Below, one piece after another: positions 23,597 through 33,100 of a stretch of 64,000 nt of DNA. Origin of the DNA: Macrostomum hystrix. Lineage: Eukaryota; Animalia; Platyhelminthes. The notes below the pieces were generated by a model. That model was not told where the DNA came from, ran no database searches, and worked only from the letters and a program-made list of their open reading frames with translations. The DNA lies in contig CATNEN010000011.1 of assembly GCA_950097015.1 (NCBI GenBank), forward strand, positions 682,001-746,000, in the 5' to 3' direction. The position numbers and the translations under genes are program-made. The first letter of the stretch is position 1. Each line of letters opens with the position of its first letter.

Positions 23597-25831
23597 ATGA
23601 GCCGTCAGGTTGGTAAGTTTTACAGCTGGGCGATGGCAGCTTTCATCATCGCTTGCTGCCTCTCTGCCGTCCTGACAGCACCGAATCCTGCTGAAGACCA
23701 AGACTTTGACCCTAATGATTTTGATGATAAGCGAGGCTACGGCTACCTGAGGCAGGCCATGATGAAGAAGGGCTACGGCTACCTGAGGCAGGCCATGATG
23801 AAGAAGGGCTACGGCTACCTGAGGCAGGCCATGATGAAGAAGGGCTACGGCTACCTGAGGCAGGCCATGATGAAGAAGGGCTACGGCTACCTGAGGCAGG
23901 CCATGATGAAGAAGGGCTACGGCTACCTGAGGCAGGCCATGATGAAGAAGGGCTACGGCTACCTGAGGCAGGCCATGATGAAGAAGGGCTACGGCCACCT
24001 GAGGCAGGCCATGATGAAGAAGGGCTACGGCTACCTGAGGCAGGCCATGATGAAGAAGGGCTACGGCTACCTGAGGCAGGCCATGATGAAGAAGGGCTAC
24101 GGCTACCTGAGGCAGGCCATGATGAAGAAGGGCTACGGCTACCTGAGGCAGGCCATGATGAAGAAGGGCTACGGCTACCTGAGGCAGGCCATGATGAAGA
24201 AGGGCTACGGCTACCTGAGGCAGGCCATGATGAAGAAGGGCTACGGCTACCTGAGGCAGGCCATGATGAAGAAGGGCTACGGCTACCTGAGGCAGGCCAT
24301 GATGAAGAAGGGCTACGGCCACCTGAGGCAGGCCATGATGAAGAAGGGCTACGGCTACCTGAGGCAGGCCATGATGAAGAAGGGCTACGGCTACCTGAGG
24401 CAGGCCATGATGAAGAAGGGCTACGGCTACCTGAGGCAGGCCATGATGAAGAAGGGCTACGGCCACCTGAGGCAGGCCATGATGAAGAAGGGCTACGGCC
24501 ACCTGAGGCAGGCCATGATGAAGAAGGGCTACGGCCACCTGAGGCAGGCCATGATGAAGAAGGGCTACGGCTACCTGAGGCAGGCCATGATGAAGAAGGG
24601 CTACGGCCACCTGAGGCAGGCCATGATGAAGAAGGGCTACGGCTACCTGAGGCAGGCCATGATGAAGAAGGGCTACGGCTACCTGAGGCAGGCCATGATG
24701 AAGAAGGGCTACGGCTACCTGAGGCAGGCCATGATGAAGAAGGGCTACGGCCACCTGAGGCAGGCCATGATGAAGAAGGGCTACGGCCACCTGAGGCAGG
24801 CCATGATGAAGAAGGGCTACGGCCACCTGAGGCAGGCCATGATGAAGAAGGGCTACGGCTACCTGAGGCAGGCCATGATTAAGAAGGGCTACGGCTACCT
24901 GAGGCAGGCCATGATGAAGAAGGGCTACGGCTACCTGAGGCAGGCCATGATGAAGAAGGGCTACGGCTACCTGAGGCAGGCCATGATGAAGAAGGGCTAC
25001 GGCCACCTGAGGCAGGCCATGATGAAGAAGGGCTACGGCTACCTGAGGCAGGCCATGATGAAGAAGGGCTACGGCTACCTGAGGCAGGCCATGATGAAGA
25101 AGGGCTACGGCTACCTGAGGCAGGCCATGATGAAGAAGGGCTACGGCTACCTGAGGCAGGCCATGATGAAGAAGGGCTACGGCCACCTGAGGCAGGCCAT
25201 GATGAAGAAGGGCTACGGCTACCTGAGGCAGGCCATGATGAAGAAGGGCTACGGCTACCTGAGGCAGGCCATGATGAAGAAGGGCTACGGCTACCTGAGG
25301 CAGGCCATGATGAAGAAGGGCTACGGCCACCTGAGGCAGGCCATGATGAAGAAGGGCTACGGCTACCTGAGGCAGGCCATGATGAAGAAGGGCTACGGCC
25401 ACCTGAGGCAGGCCATGATGAAGAAGGGCTACGGCCACCTGAGGCAGGCCATGATGAAGAAGGGCTACGGCCACCTGAGGCAGGCCATGATGAAGAAGGG
25501 CTACGGCCACCTGAGGCAGGCCATGATTAAGAAGGGCTACGGCTACCTGAGGCAGGCCATGATGAAGAAGGGCTACGGCCACCTGAGGCAGGCCATGATG
25601 AAGAAGGGCTACGGCTACCTGAGGCAGGCCATGATGAAGAAGGGCTACGGCCACCTGAGGCAGGCCATGATGAAGAAGGGCTACGGCTACCTGAGGCAGG
25701 CCATGATGAAGAAGGGCTACGGCCACCTGAGGCAGGCCATGCTAGACAAACGCGGCTATGACTATCTGAAAGACGCCATGCTGCATAAAAGAGGCTACGG
25801 CTATCTTCACAAGGCCCTGAAGGACATCTGA
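23597..25831 (+). CDS. Secreted multi-copy (neuro)peptide precursor, copy 2 (744 aa; 55 repeats plus 3 terminal peptides)
   Basis: Identical prepro region and C-terminus to copy 1; 288 bp (8 units) longer. Confidence 0.9.
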   Translation: MSRQVGKFYSWAMAAFIIACCLSAVLTAPNPAEDQDFDPNDFDDKRGYGYLRQAMMKKGYGYLRQAMMKKGYGYLRQAMMKKGYGYLRQAMMKKGYGYLRQAMMKKGYGYLRQAMMKKGYGYLRQAMMKKGYGHLRQAMMKKGYGYLRQAMMKKGYGYLRQAMMKKGYGYLRQAMMKKGYGYLRQAMMKKGYGYLRQAMMKKGYGYLRQAMMKKGYGYLRQAMMKKGYGYLRQAMMKKGYGHLRQAMMKKGYGYLRQAMMKKGYGYLRQAMMKKGYGYLRQAMMKKGYGHLRQAMMKKGYGHLRQAMMKKGYGHLRQAMMKKGYGYLRQAMMKKGYGHLRQAMMKKGYGYLRQAMMKKGYGYLRQAMMKKGYGYLRQAMMKKGYGHLRQAMMKKGYGHLRQAMMKKGYGHLRQAMMKKGYGYLRQAMIKKGYGYLRQAMMKKGYGYLRQAMMKKGYGYLRQAMMKKGYGHLRQAMMKKGYGYLRQAMMKKGYGYLRQAMMKKGYGYLRQAMMKKGYGYLRQAMMKKGYGHLRQAMMKKGYGYLRQAMMKKGYGYLRQAMMKKGYGYLRQAMMKKGYGHLRQAMMKKGYGYLRQAMMKKGYGHLRQAMMKKGYGHLRQAMMKKGYGHLRQAMMKKGYGHLRQAMIKKGYGYLRQAMMKKGYGHLRQAMMKKGYGYLRQAMMKKGYGHLRQAMMKKGYGYLRQAMMKKGYGHLRQAMLDKRGYDYLKDAMLHKRGYGYLHKALKDI

Positions 25832-26359
25832 CTGGTTAATTACGGCCAACAGCTGCGAAATGTTGTTTGAAATCTAACAAAACAGTTGTTCAAAACACTT
25901 TTTTATTTTATTAAAGGCGAATGAATCTACATTCGTGAAGGCAAGAAGATTATGAAAGAATTAATAAATAAAATATACACCAAAATAACTACAATAGCAA
26001 TTACTTTCACCCACTGCCTTTATCTTCTATACTAATTAATATTAGAAAGTTACACAGGTTAGAACTATGAAAAACGAGACAGTTTCTACACTGCATCTCC
26101 AAACTGATCAGAAAGTGAAGAGACTACAGCAATTAGATCAATTCTGGTTGCTCGTTGTGTTTCTTCGTCACATCGATCCGCACTTTTGATTGCTCTGAAC
26201 TGCCCAGCTTAGCAAACTTAAAATGCGTGGAAGAGATTCTTAAAACTGGCGGGAATTCAATTTGAATTGATTCTGGCATTTTTTCTGCAAAACATTTGTC
26301 GCTTACAGTCGACAACTAACCCAAAATATAGTTTATTGACAGAAAACTTAAGCTGTTAT

Positions 26360-29113
26360 GGAATCGCATCAAGAATCGTAGCAAGAATCACATCTCGAAT
26401 CGGGGAATCGTAGCTAGAAGAACATCTGGAATCGTGGAATCGTAGCTAGAATCACATCTGGAATCGTAGCTAGAATCGCATCAGGAATCGTAGCTAGAAT
26501 CACATCTGCAATCGTAGCTAGAATCACATCTGGAATCGTAGCTAGAATCACATCTGGAGTCGTAGCTAGAATCACATCTGGAATCGTAGCTCGAGTCAAA
26601 TCTGGAATCGTAGCAAGAATCGCATTAGGAATCATAGCTAGAATCACATCTGCAATCGTAGCTAGAATCACATCTGCAATCGTAGCTAGAATCACATCTG
26701 GAATCGTAGCTAGAATCACATCTGGAGTCGTAGCTAGAATCACATCTGGAATCGTAGCTCGAGTCAAATCTGGAATCGTAGCAAGAATCGCATTAGGAAT
26801 CATAGCTAGAATCTCATCTGGAATCGTAGCTAGAATCACATCTGGAGTCGTAGCTAGAATCACATCTGGAATCGTAGCTCGAATCAAATCTGGAATCGTA
26901 GCTCGAGTCAAATCTGGAATCGTAGCAAGAATCGCATTAGGAATCATAGCTAGAATCACATCTGGAATCATAGCCAGAATCACATCTGGAATCGTAGCTA
27001 GAATCACATCTGGAATCGTAGCTAGAATCACATCTGCAGGAGTCGTAGCTAGAATCACATCTGGAGTCGTAGCTAGAATCACATCTGGAATAGTAGCAAG
27101 AATCGCATTAGGAATCATAGCTAGAATCACATCTGGAATCGTAGCTAGAATCGCATCAGGAATCGTAGCATGAATCGCATCAGGAATCGTAGCTCGAGTC
27201 AAATCTGGAATCGTAGCAAGAATCGCATTAGGAATCATAGCTAGAATCACATCTGGAATCGTAGCTAGAATCACATCTGGAATCGTAGCTCGAATCAAAT
27301 CTGGAATCGTAGCTCGAGTCAAATCTGGAATCGTAGCAAGAATCGCATTAGGAATCATAGCTAGAATCACATCTGGAATCATAGCTAGAATCACATCTGG
27401 AATCGTAGCTAGAATCACATCTGGAATCGTAGCTAGAATCACATCTGCAGGAGTCGTAGCTAGAATCACATCTGGAGTCGTAGCTAGAATCACATCTGGA
27501 ATAGTAGCAAGAATCGCATTAGGAATCATAGCTAGAATCACATCTGGAATCGTAGCTAGAATCGCATCAGGAATCGTAGCTAGAATCACATCTGCAATCG
27601 TAGCTAGAATCACATCTGGAATCGAAGCAAGAATTGCATCAGGAATCGTAGCTCGAATCAAATCTGGAATCGTAGCAAGAATCGCATCTGGAATCGTAGC
27701 TAGAATCACATCTGGAATCGTAGCTAGAATCACATCTGGAATCGTAGCTAGAATCACATCTGGAATCGTAGCTAGAATCACATCTGGAATCGTAGCTAGA
27801 ATCACATCTGGAATCGTAGCTAGAATCACATCTGGAATCGTAGCAAGAATCACATCTGGAATCGTAGCTAGAATCACATCTGCAATCGTAGCTAGAATCA
27901 CATCTGGAATCGTAGCAAGAATTGCATCAGGAATCGTAGCTAGAATCACATCTGCAATCGTAGCTCGAATCAAATCTGGAATCGTAGCAAGAATCGCATC
28001 TGGAATCGTAGCAAAAATCACATCTGGAATCGTAGCTAGAATCACATCTGCAATCGTAGCTCGAATCAAATCTGGAATCGTAGCAAGAATCGCATCTGGA
28101 ATCGTAGCTAGAATCACATCTGGAATCGTAGCTAGAATCACATCTGGAATCGTAGCTAGAATCACATCTGGAATCGTAGCTAGAATCACATCTGGAATCG
28201 TAGCTAGAATCACATCTGGAGTCGTAGCTACAATCACATCTGGAATCGTAGCTAGAATCACATCTGGAATCGTAGCTAGAATCACATCTGCAGGAGTCGT
28301 AGCTAGAATCACATCTGGAGTCGTAGCTAGAATCACATCTGGAATAGTAGCAAGAATCGCATTAGGAATCATAGCTAGAATCACATCTGGAATCGTAGCT
28401 AGAATCACATCTGGAGTCATAGCTAGAATCACATCTGGAATCGTAGCTAGAATCACATCTGGAATCGTAGCTAGAATCACATCTGGAATCGTAGCAAGAA
28501 TCACATCTGGAATCATAGCCAGAATCACATCTGGAGTCGTAGCTAGAATCACATCTGGAATCGTAGCAAGAATTGCATCAGGAATCGTAGCTCGAATCAA
28601 ATCTGGAATCGTAGCAAGAATCGCATCAGGAATCGTAGCTAGAATCACATCTGGAATCGTAGCTAGAATCAAATCTGGAATCGTAGCTAGAATCACATCT
28701 GCAATCGTAGCTAGAATCACATCTGGAATCGTAGCAAGAATTGCATCAGGAATCGTAGCTCGAATCAAATCTGGAATCGTAGCAAGAATCGCATCAGGAA
28801 TCGTAGCTAGAATCACATCTGGAATCGTAGCTAGAATCAAATCTGGAATCGTAGCTAGAATCACATCTGGAATCGTAGCTAGAATCACATCTGGAATCGT
28901 AGCTAGAATCACATCTGGAGTCGTAGCTACAATCACATCTGGAATCGTAGCTAGAATCACATCTGGAATCGTAGCTAGAATCACATCTGCAGGAGTCGTA
29001 GCTAGAATCACATCTGGAATCGTAGCTAGAATCACATCTGGAGTCGTAGCTAGAATCGCATCAGGAATCGTAGCTAGAATCACATCTGGAATCGCATCAG
29101 GAATCGTAGCTAG
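26360..29113. repeat. 24-bp minisatellite, copy 2 (~2.75 kb)
   Basis: Same unit as 14640-18602 with a different variant spectrum. Confidence 0.95.
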
Positions 29114-29691
29114 ATACGTTTTTGTTTATCAGGAAGCCATGCATTTGTTGTGCTTCTCTTAAACCTTAATTAGACAGTGCGCAAATCTGAGATAAATTTT
29201 GCACCGAGTTTGAGAACTGCTTGCTTGAGTCTGCTGCGCACATTTTCGAGCCAATGTTCCACCCCAGCTGTTCTCTGCTTGCCTTAACCATGCTAATTTG
29301 ATGCACATCATTGTGCTTGCTGGTGGGGTGGCCGCCTCCGGCCCCCAGTTACAGGGTTTGCAAATTGCCTGCTATAGCAAAAAGTGAGAAGGAAGCAACG
29401 AGTAAGGACTTGGCATTATTTGGAGATTGAGTGCTTCTACAAGCAATTATTTTCTAAGAAATCAAGCTGCTTTGAATTTCAATCTAAAATAAATGGAATT
29501 CACGAAGGAGTAAGTCATTCAGATTTTAATTAACATTATTGCTTACTTTCTCATTTAAAATACCTTGTAATTATGGCCTACTAGTTATGTAATTAGAAAA
29601 ATCGACTAGTCCTTGTTTTGCTTTCAAATAATAGAATATGGAGTTATTACAGTAAGCTTCAGTGCATAAGATAGGTTGAGCTACTAGAATA

Positions 29692-29937
29692 GGTTGCAGC
29701 CTAAGACTCATGTCTTAAAGGTCGGGGGTTCGATTCTGGACTCCACCTGATTCCAGCTGTTCAATGGGTACCAGCATCAGTTTGGGTAATTGAGGGTGGG
29801 CGTGGCGTCCCTCCAGTCCATGGACTGAACAGCTGTACGCAGCCTTCAGGTCCGCCGCACAATAGCTGCGGCTGTGCGGTCGGCTGCATATCTGGGCTAA
29901 TTGGGGCAAATGTAACCAATTATTAGTAAAATAATAT
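29692..29937 (+). mobile_element. SINE family 1 copy (duplicate of 19180-19425)
   Basis: Near-identical to the copy in unit 1. Confidence 0.8.
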
Positions 29938-30135
29938 TCATCTACAGAGTCATCTACCAGACAGCGAAAACATTAGCAAAGTCGCGAATCAGTCAATAGT
30001 CAACAAAGACTGTCACCAAGTCACAAATAAGAAAATAGTCAACAAAGACTACACAAAGTCACAGATCGGACAATAGTCAACAAAGACTGTTAGTTGCATG
30101 CTAGACTACAAGTTAAAAAACATTTCCCCAAAAGC

Positions 30136-33100
30136 TTCGATCCCTATCAGGTGTTCAAAGTTGAGCAGCAACCATGCCAAGTTCTGCAAGTCACCGTTAT
30201 CAAGGGTCGGAAAATCACCAAAGGTCGACTTTGGGATTTCAGTGAGTGATTTCTTCATCCAACAGAACCTTACGTAGATTGATTGACTGACATATGTCAA
30301 CGCCTTTCGCTCACCAGTTGACAAGCCGGATCCCTATGTACAGCTGAGAGTTTCGTCCAGTCCAACTGGAGTTAAACGGACCAGGTTCATCGAGAACAAC
30401 TCGGAGCCAATGTGGAATGAATCTTTCACCTTCCTGCTCGATGGCGAGAAGGAAAATGTGTTGAGTGAGTGAAACGCAACTCATACTACTACAACAACTA
30501 CTACTAATAATACTACTACTTTTTGTACTATTACTACTGCTACTATGTGTACTATTACTACTGCTACTATGTGTACTATTACTACTGCTACTATGTGTAC
30601 TATTACTACTGCTACTGTGTGTACTATTACTACTGCTACTATGTCTACTATTACTACTGCTACTATGTCTACTATTACTACTGCTACTATGTCTACTATT
30701 ACTACTGCTACTATGTGTACTATTACTACTGCTACTATGTGTACTATTACTACTGCTACTATGTGTACTATTACTACTGCTACTATGTGTACTATTACTA
30801 CTGCTTCTGGTCCGCATTTCAGCTATCTCGCTAATGGAGGCGAACCATTTGGGGTTGGACACGCAGTACGGCGAGGTCTATTATCCGCTGGGCGATCTCA
30901 AACTCGACCGAATGATCTCGAAAACTTTTCACTTCGATCAGGTTGGAAATCGTTAACACTTTTTGCGTCTCAAAAATTAGTAGACATTTTTACTATGGAC
31001 TTTTTTCGTACATATTCTTTCAGAAAGGCCAGATTGACATCGAGTTTTATTTGAGCAATGAGTGAGTATACCGCAGTGTTCATATCTCTCTGTTGAGTGC
31101 AAAAGAGAGATTAGAAGATGAGAGATAGACTGAACTGGCGACAGGTAACATAACTTCATGGTGAGAAATAGGACTGAGGCGAAAAAATAACAGGAGATTA
31201 GAAGTATAACTGCCAGATTGAGAAATGGAACTATGAAATTGAGAACTAGAACTGTGAGATTGTGAAATAGAACTGTGAGATTGAGAAATAGAACTATGAA
31301 ATTGAGAAATAGAACTATGAGATAGAGAAATAGAACTTTGAGATTGAGAAATAGAACTATGAGATAGAGAAATAGAACTTTGAGATTGAGAAATAGAACT
31401 ATGAGATAGAGAAATAGAACTATGAGATTGAGAAATATAACTATGAGATTGTGAAATAGAACTATGAGATTGTGAAATAGAACTATCAGATTGAGAACTA
31501 GAGCTATGAGATTTTGAAATAGAACTGTGAGATTGAGAACTAGAACTGTGAGATTGAGAAATAGAACTATGAGATTGAGAACTAGAACTGTGAGATTGTG
31601 AAATATAAACGCCATCTCACCGCCACCCGAAGCTGCAAGCCGGACCTGCGCTTCAGTCTTTGCCTCTGCAACGAAGAGAAAAATTACCGCGAGAGGCGCC
31701 GCAAAGTTGTGTTCGAGGCTCTACACGGCCTCCTGCCGAGGGATGCCGCGCCGAAGAATCTGGACGAGGTACCCGTCATCGCCGTGATGGGCTCCGGTGG
31801 CGGCTTCAGAGCCATGGCTGCGCTGAGCGGCGTGTTCAACGCCTTGGAGTCCAGCGGCGTTCTTGACTGCGCAACCTACACTGCAGCTCTTTCTGGTCAG
31901 GCCTTGGGTCATTGCGGGTGATTCTGGTCAGGCCTTGGGTCATTGCGGGTGATTCTGGTCAGGCCTTGGGTCATTGCGGGTGATTCTGGTCAGGCCTTGG
32001 GTCATTGCGGGTGATGTGTTCAAAATTATGTTACGAGTTCGTCATTGGTCATGAATTGATAAATTGTTCGTGAATAGATTATTACGTCAAATATGCCGAA
32101 TTGTGTCATGAGTTTATAATTAGGTCATGAATAATTAATTGGGTCACGGGTCTGTAATTGTGTCATGAGTCTTAGATTGGGTCATAATTTCATAATTTGG
32201 GTCATAATTTCATAATTGGGTGAGTTCATGATTGGGTTATGCGTTCATAATTTGGTCATGAGCTCGTAATTTGGTCATGAGTTCATAATTTGGTCATGAG
32301 TTCATAATTTGGTCATGAGTTCATAATTCGGTCATGAGTTCATAATTCGGTCATCAGTTAATAATTTGGTCATGAGTTCATAATTCGGTCATCAGTTCAG
32401 AATTTGGTCATGAGTTCATAATTTGGTCATCAGTTCAGAATTTGGTCATGAGTTCATAATTCGGTCATCAGTTCAGAATTTGGTCATGAGCTCGTAATTT
32501 GGTCATCAGTTCATAACTTGGTCATAAGTTCATAATTGGGTCATTATTCTATAATTGGGTCATAGGAAAGTAAATTTCGTGATCCAAAATGTTTGGGATA
32601 ATTATGCTTTCAGGCTCTGCCTGGTACCTGGCGACCTTGTATTCCCACCCGGAGTATCCACGAAAGTCGTGCAGACTAGTTCAGCAGGAGATTCGATCCC
32701 GGGTCCAACAGGGAATGCTGAGACTGGTGTCGCCAAGCTACCTGTACAACTATGTGTGCCTGCTGGCGGAGAAGAAGCGACTGGGCATTCCGCTGTCATT
32801 CACTGACTTCTTCGGCCTGATGATTGGGCAGACTCTCATTCCAGATGTGAGATGGGTTGCTATGGGGATTTAGTCACCAAGGCACCTGTTAATCGAGTAT
32901 AGGAACTCCTATACTCTATTATAGACAGTAGTGCGAAAACTATATCAAACTGTTAGGTACCAATGTCTAACAGTTAGACGCCATATCTAACAGTTAGACG
33001 CCATATCTAACAGTTAGACACCATATCTAACAGTTAGACGCCATATCTAACAGTTAGACACCATATCTAACAGTTAGACGCCATATCTAACAGTTAGACG

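Larger units (their letters stand above)
21416..31605. repeat. Tandem segmental duplication, unit 2 (~10.2 kb)
   Basis: Same order of elements as unit 1; continues seamlessly into the rest of cPLA2. Right boundary approximate because it lies within the 21-bp array. Confidence 0.9.
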
